The notes under the pieces: model-generated
What the model saw: the letters and a program-made list of their open reading frames with translations, nothing else
The model's database searches: none
Told to the model about the DNA's origin: nothing
Shown: positions 40,401-52,896 of the stretch, one piece after another
Numbering within the stretch: the first letter of the stretch is position 1
Layout: every line of letters starts with the position of its first letter
From: Mobula hypostoma
Lineage: Eukaryota
NCBI RefSeq assembly: GCF_963921235.1
Contig: NC_086097.1
Coordinates: 68,512,001 to 68,576,000, forward strand
Reading direction: 5' to 3'
DNA: 64,000 nt
Program-made: the position numbers and the translations under genes

Positions 40401-41677
40401 TCTACACTGCTTTTCAAAACACTTTTTTGATTAAAAAAATTCAAACTTCCACATTAATTGTTAGCAGTAGGAATTATGTAACCTAAGAAATGGGTCAAGT
40501 GTATTTACAGTCAAATTCATATTTTTGTAGATCAGATTATAAGTGAATAATATTGACACCTTTGAGGCATATAAAAATCAACAAATAAAAGCTTGATAAT
40601 CATACAAAATTATACTTCTTCAACATTAGTAAAATGAAAAACACAACTGTTGCATACATAACTACATCTGGACAATACTGTTGAAAGCAGATTTTCAAAG
40701 GCAATAGCTGTTCCCAAATTTCAAAGTTGTAGAACTTCGGAATCTCCATTCCTTCATCCATTGCAATAAATATGGTGCTTTAAGCATGCACTTCTGTACG
40801 GAGCCTTCATGACAGTGATTCACATCCAGTAAGATATGTTGATATATCGGGATATTTTAGGTCCTACCCAGAGGGCAGACAGGGCCTTGTGGAAATGCTA
40901 ATCATTGAGCTCCAGTACTGCACTTTAGGGAAGACAAGTTTTGGATTGGCTTTCATATGATTCAGGATCACAATATCATGATTTATGGAAGTTGTCTCAT
41001 CTAATATTCAGTAGTACCAAGCAACATTTAAGACAACCCTCCAAAATGGGTAATAAATGTTTGCCTACGCAGCAGGTAAAAAAAATAGCATAATCTAAGA
41101 ATGAATTAAAAATAAAATCTGATTAGACTCTTCAATTGGGTTGTATCCACAAGTTCTGATTAATCCCATTGGTCAAATATGACAGTGCTTCTGGAATGGT
41201 CAAAAACCTTGACATAGTCCAGCTGTAATATGGATCCATGCTCATGGGGATGTGGATGCAATAGAAGAGGTAAAATTATATGATTGAAATGTAAAATTAT
41301 ATCATTGAGTAGATAAGGCCTGCAGATGGTGCTGTGTTTGAAATTTCAATATGAGTGCGTTTGGAACCAGAACATTCTGCTCTGAACATGTGTTGTTTGT
41401 CATAAGTTCAACCATGTCGAATGTCATACACAATATGTCCTTATTTCATGGCAATAGTAAATAGTCATTTACTTATAAATTATATATTTGTTTGAACTTA
41501 ATCTAGATAATATTTAACAACATTACTTAACCCTTCCTGGACCCAGTTTCATCATTCAATTTTCTCACTTAAGCCACCAAAAATAATTTTTACAAGATTA
41601 ATGTATCAACTCCACACCACCTTTAAAATATGTTTCTTTAAGATATGTGATTAATTCTGAATTTTACCTTCCAAATA

Positions 41678-42014
41678 CAGGTTGAAACTCTCTGGTCCAG
41701 CATGGTTTGAATTTATAGTAGAGATCTGTACTAATTGACTACTTCTAAGGTCAAACTAAGGTTTAATTAGCTATGATCTGTATTAACCCATAATTAATTA
41801 ATCTACCACTGCAACTTTTGTGGTCTTGGCCAACAGCATTTTGGCTCTGCCGAAAGTTCAGGTTATGGACAGTCCTTGGAACCATTACACAACTCAGAGA
41901 GTGTCTATACTTTAAAAAAAGTTTTCTTACTCAGAGGAAGATGATTATGGGACAATTTCTGCGGTCTGGCATCAGTCAGATCCTAAAGGTGCTGGACTAG
42001 AAAGTTTCAAACCG
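41678..42014. mobile_element. Tigger/pogo-like MITE
   Basis: TA-flanked imperfect TIRs CAGGTTGAAACTCTCTGGTCCAGCA and TGCTGGACTAGAAAGTTTCAAACCG (21/25 match). Confidence 0.72.
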
Positions 42015-43939
42015 TACGATCACTTTTAGGTCCATCTTTGACTCTATATTTCATTGCCATTGCTGTTAATTTTACCAGTTCTTGAGTACCTTTACAACAT
42101 GTCAAAAACTTTGCTCATTAAATCCAAGTCTTATGTGTCTGGTAAAATTATAATAACTAGTTGGAACAACATCACACTCACATCCGAATGCTGGAGAGGA
42201 GCACAAGCACCAAGACCAAGCAATATTGGAAACATGGGCTAAGTAATAGTTGCTAGGAAATAACACTAGAAGGATGAGAACTGTTACAATCACGATCCCA
42301 GACACAACACGCAGTCTTGTTCCATTTTTTATTTTACTGTGTGACACACTGCTTGCAGAGCTTATTTCAGACCTTTCATGTTTAGCATATGTAAAAAAAA
42401 ATGTGTAAAGTATGAATATCTAGCACACCATAGGAGCTGGAGTCCTTTTTACCAGCAAATTTCTACTCCATATTTTTCTAATAGTTACCTGCCAATATTC
42501 TAGATCTTTGCAGGTAAAATAACCTTCTAGAAAAAGCCTTAACTGATTGGCAAAGAACAAGCACATTATGAAAACTCAGAGGCACCAACACTCTTTCACA
42601 AAGTCATGATAAAAAAAAACTGTTTGTTAGGCTACATTGAACCAAGTATCCCAAAACCTCAGCAGTTTAAAATAGATTAAATGTCACTTTTTCGGTACAT
42701 TTTTGAACCAGCTTTACACTATAACTAGCTTATAATGTTCATAACATTGCTCTTCATTGGTTTAAAAGTCTGCATGTTAATTATGAAGTTCATAAAAATG
42801 TTCTGTAATCACATTCCTTAGGTGCATATGAACTGAACACATTCGTTTTCTCCACCACTTCAGCATTTTCCTAAATTTCCAAAGCATTTGTCGTCCAACG
42901 AAATTAAGGAATTAGTGTGCTTCATTCATAAAAGATGCCGTCTTCATTTAGATCTACTACATCCATTTCTGTGGCTGCAACCATTGCAGTGGGCTGTGAC
43001 CAGGCACATCAAGTTCTTGGGCTAGACACCATCATTGCACGCCACCCAGAGAACAAAGTCTACATTGTATTTATAAACAATGAGAATACAATTCATCTGC
43101 CATCAAGCTCTCCATATGACCTCTGTAGTGTATACAAACAAGCTAGAAGCCTGCAAAACCAACTGGGGTATGCATCAGCTGGAAGAGATAAGATACTGTC
43201 CCTTCCACACAGGCACAAGAACCCTACAGACTTTTTTCTGTAGGAGAATACTTCGATTAATAAAGGTAGTAACAAAGTTCATGCCAGTGTATTGTCAGGG
43301 AACAGCCAGATACAGGCTGACACATGCCTTATAAATTACTATGTAATTAGGCTTAGTACAGTTGGTAGAACAGATTAGCTGTCCAGTCAATCTATTTACC
43401 AAACTGGTGTAAAACTAGCAACCATTTTAGGATGCTGTTATTCAGGACTCAAGTCTTCTAAAGGCATTTCTTGGGTATCTTGGGCCTGCATCCAGTTCTC
43501 TTGCAGCTGAGGTGGCACCCAATTTACAATGTTATCCTATGGAGAATCCTTCTAGTGCAAAGCACTCCTAATGCACAGCAGTCAGTATTTTGTAAATCTG
43601 TGAACAAAACAAAATGGCATAATTTTAGTGCATGTCTGACTATAAAAGAGCATATACTCTTAAGTACATCTTATTTAAAATGTCTTAATGTGTCAAAATG
43701 TTTTGCAATACTGAACAGAACTAATGTCCACAAATCAGTCTGCAACGATGTGTACAATGGCTTTACTGTACAATTTGATTTTAATAAACCTGTAACATTT
43801 TTCTAGCTGAAGAGACTTTTGTTTTAGCTCCCAGCTTCTTTTTCCCTTCATTACATTAACAGCCTTATGTAAGCAAATGGATATGAGGATTTGAACCAAA
43901 TCCACTTCCAATAGTATATACAACAGCAACAAAGACACT

Positions 43940-46345
43940 GAGGTGCAGCGGGGAAGTCAGATTTTAGAAAGATGCAAAAATAACTGGGTTGTTGTCATGG
44001 GTGACTTCAATTTCCCTAATATTGATTGGCACCTTCTCAGTGCAGAAGTTTTAGATGGAATTTATTAGGTGTATTCAGGAAGGATTCCTGATCCAGTATG
44101 CAGAAAAGCTGACTAGGGAAGATGCCATACTGGATCTGGTACTAAGCAATGAACCTGCAGAGGTAACAGATCTTGCACTGGGTGATCATTTCAAAGACAG
44201 TGACCACAAATCCACGACCTTTACAATAACCTTGAACAGGGATAGGAGCCAATGGTATGGAATTGAGGGAAGGAGAATTATGATGCTATCAGGTAGGAAC
44301 TTGAGAGTGTAAAATAGGAACATACTTACTCAGAGAAATGCACAATGGTTGTTTATGGAGAACCTGCATCAAGTGTTGGATAAATTTATCCCACTGAGGC
44401 AGAGGAAGGATGGTAGGATGAAGGAAACATAGTTGACAAGATATGTGGAACATCTAGTCAAGAGGAAGACAGCATACTTAAGGTTTAGAAAGCAAAGATC
44501 AGACAGGGCTCTTGAGAGTTTAACAAAGGACTTAGGAGAGTAGAAGTGGACACCAGAAGGCATTGGCGAGAAGGGCTAAGGAAAACCCCAAAGCATTCTA
44601 CACAGTATGTGGAGAACAGAGGGAAGACTACAGTGTGTGTAGGACCAATCAGAGATAAAAGAGGAAACTTGCTTGGAGTCGGAGGAGGTAGGGGAGGTCC
44701 TTAATTATTACTTTACTTCAGTATTCACCAGTGAGAGAGACCTCGACAAATTTGAGACCAGATGGGACAGGCTGATATGCTGGAACAATGTCAAGGTTAA
44801 GAAAGAGAAAATGCTGTAACTTTGATAAACATTAGGATAAATAAGAATCTGGGGCTGTACGGGATATCCCCCAGATTACTTTACTACAGAAAATATGGGA
44901 GAAGAGATATCTGTGCCTTTGGCATTTACCTTTGCATCCTCACTGGCCAAAGGAATAGTGTCAGGGGATTGGAGGGTGGCAAATGTTATTCTTTTATTCA
45001 GAAAAGTTAATAGGGATAACTCTGGAAATTACAGGCCAGTGAGTTTTACGTCAGTGGTGGCCAACCTCTGGAGAGGATTTTTATAGACAGGATATATGAG
45101 CACTGGAGAAGCATAACCTCATTAGGAATAGTCAGCATGGCTTTGTAAAGGACAGATCATGTGTCATGAATCTGACTGAATTCTTTGAGGAAGCAACAAA
45201 CATACTGATGAAGGCAGAGTAGTGGAACTGGTGATCCACATGATAGGCTCATTCAGAAAGTCAGGAAACATGGGATGCAGGGAAGCTTGGTTGTGTGGGT
45301 TCAGAATTAGGCAAAGGAGTGTATTCTGCTTGGGGGTCTGTGACTAGTGGTGTTCCAAAGGATCTGCTCTGGGACCCCTGCTCTCTGTGATTTTTATATA
45401 TAACTTGCATGAGGAAGTTGAAGGATGAGTTAGTAAGTTTGCTGCTGACGTGAAGTTTGGTGGTGTTATGGATAGTATAGAAGTTTGTCATAGGTTACAA
45501 AGGAACACTGATAGGATGTTGAGCTGGGCTGAGAAGTGGCAAATGGAGTTCAATCCAGAAAAGTGTGAAGTGATTCACTTTGAAAGGTCAAACTTGAAGG
45601 CAGAATGTTAATAGCAGAATTCTTAACAGTGTGAAGGAACAGAAGGATTTTGGGGGAAGATCCCTCAAAGTTGCAGCGCAAGTTGATAGGGCGGTTAAGG
45701 TGGTGTACAGTTTGTTGCCCTTCATTAGTTGGGGATTGAGTTCAAAAGCCATGAGGTAACGTTGCAGCTCTATGAAACTCTGGTTAGACCACACCTGGAG
45801 CATTGCGTTCAGTTCTAGAGGCCTCAATATATGAAAGATCTGGAGGCTTCAGAGAGGGTACAGAGGAAATTTGCCAGGATACTGCCTGGATTAGATAGCA
45901 TGTCTTATTAGGATAGATTGCGTGAGCTAGAGTTTTTCTCTTTGGAGAGAAGGAAGATGAAAGGTGACATGATAGAGACGTACAAGATGATAAGAGGCAT
46001 AGAACAGTGAGAACAGCCAGAGACTTTTTCCCAGGGCGGAAATAGCTAATACAAGGGGCATAACTTTAAGCTGTTTGGAGGAAAGCATAGGAGGGATGTC
46101 AGAGGTAGTTTTTTTTTGCACAGAGGGTTGTAGGTGCGTGGAAGGCACTGCTAGGTTTGATGGTAGAGGCAAATGCATTAGGAACATTTAAGAGACACTT
46201 AAATAGGTACACTGATGAAAGGAAAAGTCAGGGCTTTGTTGAAGGGAAGGGTTAGATTGATCTTGGAGTAAGTTAAAGGGTAGTCACAGCATTGTGGGCC
46301 GAAGGGCCTGCACTGTGCTGTACTGTTCCATCTTGTATGTTCTAC
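43940..46345 (+). mobile_element. CR1 LINE ORF2, decayed, EN to 3' tail
   Basis: VVVMGDFNFPNIDW, TREDAILDLVLSNEP, NYRPVSFTSVV, SGVPKDLL (frameshifted) and a CR1 3' UTR. Confidence 0.9.
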
Positions 46346-46461
46346 GTTAAGTATCGCCTCTAAAGGGACAAAACTGACTTCTCTCAGTCCTCTGAAACAG
46401 GCATTGTTTGGGCCTAAAGTTAGGGTTTTCAGTTTGCAAACAGGTGTTTTATCTATTATGG

Positions 46462-47739
46462 CAGGGGTCCCCAATCTTTTTTGCACTGTGGACCGGTTTA
46501 ATATTGACAATGTTCTTGCAGACCAGCCGACCGGGGGCGGGGGAGGGGGAGGGGGTGCGTAAAGTCGCCAACGGACAAGAGTAGCAGTCAAATACGTTGT
46601 GTTTACCCAGAAAAGACTACAATGACCCTGAAGCCTTGCGCAGGCACCAGTGCGCATGCGTTACCTGCGCATGCGTGTACCTGACGATGTTTTTCCCTGC
46701 AAATCGTTTTCGGCGATTCTGTTCGGGGGGAGGGGGGGTTGTTAATCACGACTGGAATATAGGTGCTAAGTGGCTAATACACTCAATTTCCTTTCTAAAA
46801 GTGTGTTTATCTAACAAATTTAATATTAAACACGCAGCGCATATTTACCTCGCATGAATATAGTGATAAGTCAATTATCAGGGGAGGACAAGGGAGCTTG
46901 AAGTAAGTGTTGAACGAACTTCCAGTAGAAGTGGTAGAGGCAGGTTCGATGTTGTCACTTAAAGTTAAATTGGATAGCTATATGGACAGGAAAGGAATGG
47001 AGGGTTATGGGCTGAGTGCAGGTCGGTGGGACTAGGTAAGAGTAGCTTTCGGCACGGACTAGAAGGGCCGAGATGGCCTGTTTCCGTGCTGTAATTGTTA
47101 TATGGTTATATAAGTAAGTCAATAGCATCATAACATTTTAAGTAACGTTTGGATATTAAACACACTGTGCATATTTTCCTCGTATGAACATATAAAATCA
47201 TTGCAACACACCAATATCGCTGAATCAGTGGGAGCCCTGGGCTTGTTTTCCTGCAACAAGACGGTCCTATCGAGGGGTGATGGGAGACAACAATACTCGA
47301 AGGGGGTTCCTTATGTCCAGCCTATTCCGCAATTTAGTTTTCATTGCATTCATTGCAGAAAATTTTTCGCTTTGCAGAAAAATGTTGGAAATGGAAGGAA
47401 CGCTTTCAGTGCTTTAGTGGCTATCTCAGGATTTTTAGCCTTGACTTTGATCCAGAATGCTGGCAGAAATATTATGTCAAACATATTTTTCTGCCCGCCG
47501 TCATTTGCAAGCTCGAGGAGTTGATCTCCTTCCCGCGCTGACATGGATGACACACGGGTAATGACCTCGCATGCGTAATGGCTCAACAGTGGGCTTGACA
47601 GGGAATGAGGAAAGGTGCAGCTGACTCATATCACCAAATTATATCGTTTCCTCGTGGCCCGGTAGCACATGCTCTGCGGCCCGGTAGCTCATGTTTTGCG
47701 GCCCAGTCGGGTCCACAGCCCGGTGGTTGGGGACCTCTG
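46462..47739 (-). mobile_element. Non-autonomous hAT (Charlie/Buster-like) DNA transposon
   Basis: Perfect 8-bp TSD TATTATGG (46454-46461 and 47740-47747); TIRs CAGGGGTCCCCAA and TTGGGGACCTCTG; hAT dimerisation-domain remnant FWIKVKAKNPEIATKALKAFLPFPT at about 47220-47560. Confidence 0.93.
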
Positions 47740-47799
47740 TATTATGGCATGTGCCAAGCACAAAGAAAGTGATTCCTTTAGTAAAGATAACACAAGAAA

Positions 47800-48940
47800 A
47801 AATATCATACACTTCATGGGAAGGTTCTATTTGACAAAGCTCCTTGGGCTAAGCTCACCCCCAGAAAGTCATGAGGCAAGTGATCCATTGAAATTTGGCT
47901 GCATGGATTCAGGATTGGCTTGCCCTCAGAAGGCAAAGAGTGGTTGTAGATGGAGCATATTCTGCCTGGATATTGATGACTAGTGGATTTCCAAAGAGAT
48001 CTGTTCTGGGATCCCTATACTTGTGATTTTTATCGATAACTTGGATGAGGAAGTGTAAGGATGTGTTAGTAAGTTTGCAGATGACATGAACATTGATGAT
48101 GCTGTGGATAGCTCAAAAAGTTATTGGAGGTTACAACAAGATATAGGTGGGATGTAGAGCTGGATGAAGAACTGGCAGATAGAGTTCAATCCAGAAAAGT
48201 GTGAAGTTATACACTTTGGAAGATCAAACTTGAAGGCAGAGTACAAGGTTATGGAAAAATTCTTAGCACTGTGAAGGAACAGAGGGTTCTTGGCATCCAA
48301 ATCCATTGATCCTCAAAGTTGTCACACAAGTTGATATGGTGCTTAACAAGGCAAGTGGTGTTCTGGCCTTCATTTGTCAGGGAATTGAGTTCAAGGCCAA
48401 AAGGTAATGTTGCAGATCTAGAAAATTTTGGTTAGATCACACTTGGAACACTGTATTCAGTTCTGGTTATGTCTTTATAGTAAGGATGTGGAAGCTTTAG
48501 AGAGGGCCAAGATTAGAGAACATAGGAAAGGTTGAGCGAGCTAGGTCTTTTCTCTTTGCAGCGAAGAATGATGAGAGGCGACACGGTGGTGTGTAAGATT
48601 ATGAAAAGCACAGATAGAGTGAACAACCTGCACCTTTTTTCCCTGAGCAGTAACGGCCAGTACCAAAGGACATTTTTATAAAATGAGTGGAGGAAAGTTT
48701 AGATGAGTTGTCAGTGTAGGCTTTTTAAACAGAATGCACTGCCAGGGGTGGTAGTACAGCTGATACAATAGGAAAGTATAAGAGACTCTTATATAAACAA
48801 ATGGTTGTAAGTAAATGGGGGGGTGCAGTTTGTGGGCTAAGTAGGAGGGATGTGTTAGATTGATTATGGAGGAAGCTTAATAGGTCAGCACCACATCTTG
48901 TGCAAAGGGCTTGATTGTGCTGTACTGTTCTATGTTGTTC
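47800..48940 (+). mobile_element. CR1 LINE RT to 3' fragment
   Basis: VSKFADD at about 48065-48086, WQIEFNPEKCEVIHFG, and a CR1 tail. Confidence 0.85.
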
Positions 48941-49083
48941 ATGTTTCCATTCCTTATGAAGCTCCTGTCAATAAATCAAATACTTGGAAACATCATGAGT
49001 ACATAATGGCCTAGAACTTTTTCCTGCTCAGATTATGATAAAATAAAATTGGTAACATTGTTTTAAGAAATTGCAAGAGGTTC

Positions 49084-49275
49084 ACAAACAACAGGAATTC
49101 TGCAGATGCTGGAAACTCAAGCAACACACATCAAAGTTGCTGGTGAACGCAGCAGGCCAAGCAGCATCTATAGGAAGAGGCGCAGTTGACGTTTCAGACC
49201 GAGACCCTTCGTCAGGACTAACTGAAGGAAGAGTGAGTAAGGGATTTGAAAGCTGGAGGGGGAGGGGGAGATGCA
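49084..49275 (-). mobile_element. Young PLE solo pLTR with a near-intact hammerhead motif
   Basis: Nearly identical to 52689-52805. Minus strand reads AGTC-CTGACGA-AGGGTCTCGGTCT-GAAA-CGTC-AACT (about 49185-49220). Confidence 0.88.
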
Positions 49276-50604
49276 AAAAAATGTTTCACAACCTTCCTTT
49301 GTGATCTCCATACAGAAAACTTGTTTCCTTTCATCCCTTCCTTATATGGGAATGAATGTTCTCTCCAAAAGACAACAAATACAATGTTCCACATTTAATC
49401 ACACAGCTGTGACCTCTGACTCATTCCTCAAAGGCTCCCTGTTAAAACACAACTAGTCCCTGCTGCAACTAGTCAAATTAGCAGAACACATTCAAGGTTG
49501 GGAACATACACACACACAATCAATCAAAGCAACCATATAAAAGAAGCATCTCACTGATCAGCCTCAGTCAATTTGGATTAGAAATAGAAATATCAAAATA
49601 GCATCAAGATGGGGTAAGGTTGTCATGGAACAGACAACAAAGAAGGGCAGGCCTCTTGTACTAATGAATTTATTGATCTGGAGGAAAGGGACAATGGGCC
49701 AGCCAAGCGCTATAGCTAAGGTGCAAGGGATCGGGTTCAAAAACTTCCTGAAACACTTGATTGAATACTATAGAAAGTTGAGAAGGTGTAGAGAAAGAAA
49801 TTATATACCACAATTAGCAGACAAACAACTACTTCTCCTTTGATAGTTGAGATATGGAAAAAACACAATCAATTAAACCATATAAACTATTATGAGGAAA
49901 CACAGAGGAACTTATCACATTAAGACCATAAGACAGAACAGCAGAATTAGGCCATTAAGCCCAACAAGTTTGCTCCACTTTTGGGTCATGGCTGATTTAT
50001 TTTTCTCTCTCCACCCTATTTCCCCACCAAGAAGAGAAGATCTGACAATGTACCATTACTCAGAGTCATACAGTTAATAAGCAAAACATCTGTGGCAGCC
50101 TTTTTACTAATCAGAGAGAAATAGACTTTACTTTTCAAATCAATCTTTTTTTTACCCCATCACAATCTTTTCAAAGTTCCAGGAGCTTTGGTATTTCACT
50201 GTTAGGTGACCAGTGGAATGGTTAATTAGTCATAAAAGTTTTAATCAGAATGAACTATTCCATGTGAGGACAAACAAGGTAAGGTAACAAATGATCAATG
50301 TTTGGAGATGAATTAGTTTAGCTAGGGGATCTTCACATGCATGTGTACAAATGGATGAAACTAATAGATCAGATTGTTTACGTCACCCTAGGTACAGAAA
50401 ACATTGGCCAGGAAATCATGATGAAATTATTTATTCCAAAAGAAAAGTTCTGCGCATTACATTGTGGAAAGGATGTGATAGTATTAGAGCAGTTGCTTAG
50501 GAGATTAGAGAGCTTGTAGGAAAGGTAATTAATGGTAGAGGCTGATTAGGGTAGTGATTTTCTTAGGAAAATGGATGGTCAATGAAGATTGATTGGAGGT
50601 ATAA

Positions 50605-51480
50605 ACATGGAGAGTCATTGAGTCACAAAAGAGAAACAGACCCTTCGACCTAAGTCACCTATGACAACCAAGATATGTATTCAAGCCAATCCTAAATCCC
50701 TTCACTTGGCCCATATCCCTCTAAACCGTTTCTATCCAACTAGCTGTCTAAATATCTTTTAATCACTGGGATTGTAATCAACTCCACAGCTTTCTCTGGC
50801 AGCCCATTCCATATATTTACCATAATCTACGTGAAAAAGTTTCCCCTCAGGTAGCTTTTAAAATTTTTCCCTCTCACCCTAACGCTATGTCCTTTACTTT
50901 TAGACTCCACTATCTTGGGAAAATGATTGTGACCATTACCTGAGACCTCCATCGGTCAGAGTTGACCATGGATATTGCATCCTAGCTATCCAGATACGCA
51001 AGGTGGGCAGTACGATACTCAGAGCAAGCTGTTACCTATGTAGCAAGCTTCCCTTCTCCATGCAATTGATGAACCAAAAGGAATGACAGAGACCGATACA
51101 GTTTGATACCAGAAGCATCGCAGGAATTGCCAGTCAACATTGAATTCAATGTAGGACTGCCTTAGGGCCTCCAGCTCTGGATTTTTCCCTCGGGGTTTAC
51201 CCCCGAAGCCTTCCTCGTGAGTGGGTATACATAGCTGCAAGACAGCAAAGGGTTGAGATCAGAGTTTTCCTTCTCCAAGATGAGCTGCCAATCACAGCTC
51301 ATAAGCCCCATCTGCCTGAAGCAACTTGCTTTAAGGTGCCAGTAACCTGCCTTTGCCCCTTATCTACACCCCAAGAACTTACATAGCTTTATAATGTCAC
51401 CCTTCAGATTCCTAAACTCCAGGCAAAAAAGTCTCAGCTTATCTAGCCTCCTGTTTTAACTCAAGCCCTCCAGTCCTGAT
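50605..51480 (-). mobile_element. CR1 3' fragment interrupted by an RTE-derived element
   Basis: GGCCCATATCCCTCTAAACC...CTGGCAGCCCATTCCA; the CR1 sequence resumes at 51361. Confidence 0.75.
50941..51360 (-). mobile_element. Non-autonomous RTE-derived element
   Basis: Contains the RTE 5'-UTR-like motif TGGCAGCTCATCTTGGAGAAGGAAAACTCTGA (minus strand, about 51259-51290). Its 3' half is homologous to the tail of the SINEs at 19970 and 34447. Confidence 0.7.
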
Positions 51481-51847
51481 TACCATTTTCAGTTTATGTA
51501 TCTTGCTTCTCTATTCTTCCTCACATCTCTCCACATTCTAACTACAAAAAATAACCTGTCTTTGCATCCTTCTTACTTTCCCACTAAACTTTATATCATG
51601 AGAAAGTATGGAGACATCACGTTTTTCAATCATCTAACTCAATAACTGAAACAGGACACATACCTTTGGTATCCTACACACAATGGATCAACAGCCTGAA
51701 AATCTTTAATTACAACCGCCTTCTGTCTATTTGTTTAACTCATGGTAATGTTAACCTGCAAGACAGCGAGCTTATTTTATGTCAACCTTCTTTCTGGTAT
51801 CTTCTCAAATATCTTTTAAACATTCAGCTATCCTACCTTGTTAGTTA

Positions 51848-52614
51848 TGTAACGCCCTGGTTAAGATTTTCACTGCCATGCTGTAGGTATTTCATTTTAG
51901 CAGTTCTGTAAGAGCAGTCTGTTCTGCTTTAAGCATGTTTGGGTTTGAGCTAAAGATAAGAGGCTATGTTCTTCAATTTAGAAATGTTGTGTCAGCCAGT
52001 CAGGATGGTGGAATTGGGAGAAGGTTCTAGAAAACGCAAGGCGGAGAGGTTTTTGGGACAGACACTGGTGTGGGTCAAAGTCTTTACAGTGGGAGCTGGG
52101 AGAAGACAGGAGGGAAGATGGCTGAGGATGCTGTCCCTGTTGCACAAAGTGCTTTGTGCAGATGAATGGCTTTCAGGAGGAAGGACCAGTACTCCCATGG
52201 AGGAGTCCATTTGTTCGCGGTGGATTTCAAGCAACATTCGGAAGGTGGTGTCCAGTGCCTGAGTTAAAGACATCTTATGTGCACATTTGGACTGGGTTAA
52301 CTGTAATGGGCCTTTTAATTTTTTCCCCTTTCTTTTTCCTAAATATTTTCTATTCTTAAATTTATTTTCTTTATAATTGTATGCAGTGTACAATCTGTTA
52401 TTTCTTGCTGACAGCTAATTTACACAGTATTCACACAGATCGGGGTTCGGGTGGTCGAGACATCGCAACTTTCCGGTTTTGGTGGAACCCAAGTCATACG
52501 GACCCTAGACATACGGAGTTTGAGAAGGGTGGTTTTCTCACCACTGAGCCAGTGGCTGTTAGAGAGGGGCTAACAAGCCGCATCTTTAGACATACCCAGT
52601 AAAAAGGGGTTGCA
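51848..52614 (+). mobile_element. Solo LTR (Gypsy-like), 767 bp
   Basis: Termini TGTAACGCCC...GGGGTTGCA; flanks GTTA/ATTA (decayed 4-bp TSD); no coding remnant. Strand is tentative. Confidence 0.68.
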
Positions 52615-52688
52615 ATTACATCCTCAAAGCTTCAATTAATTTTGTTCAACATGATACTTTCTTCACAAAGCAATATTACTCTGTCTCA

Positions 52689-52896
52689 AACAACAGGAAT
52701 TCTGCAGATGCTGGAAATTCAAGCAACACACATCAAAGTTGCTGGTGAACGCAGCAGGCCAAGCAGCATCTGTAGGAAAAGGTGCAGTCGACGTTTCAGG
52801 CTGAGTCCTGACGAAGGGTCTCGGCCTGAAACGTCGACTGTACCTCTTCCTACAGATGCTGCTTGGCCTGCTGCGTTCACCAGCAACTTTGATGTG
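52689..52896. mobile_element. 208-bp PLE-derived palindromic insertion (two inverted pLTR pieces)
   Basis: Perfect 15-bp TSD TATTACTCTGTCTCA (52674-52688 and 52897-52911). Arms about 52728-52805 and 52820-52897 are near-perfect inverted repeats. Confidence 0.92.
52804..52839 (+). ncRNA. Minimal type I hammerhead ribozyme motif (Penelope-associated)
   Basis: Stem I AGTC (52804-52807), core CTGACGA (52808-52814), stem II AGG...CCT, GAAA (52828-52831), C-GTC with predicted cleavage after 52835, and GACT pairing with AGTC. All conserved core nucleotides are present. Activity not shown. Confidence 0.8.

Noticed and set aside
42102..42347. ORF with a hydrophobic stretch and a GTGAGT donor-like site near 42180
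   Set aside because: No ATG start, no convincing acceptor and no recognisable homology; hydrophobic runs arise easily in T-rich DNA.
51240..51360. Possible HDV-like ribozyme at the 5' end of the RTE-derived element
   Set aside because: Some RTE elements carry one, but I could not build the nested double pseudoknot by eye; it needs an RNArobo or Infernal search.
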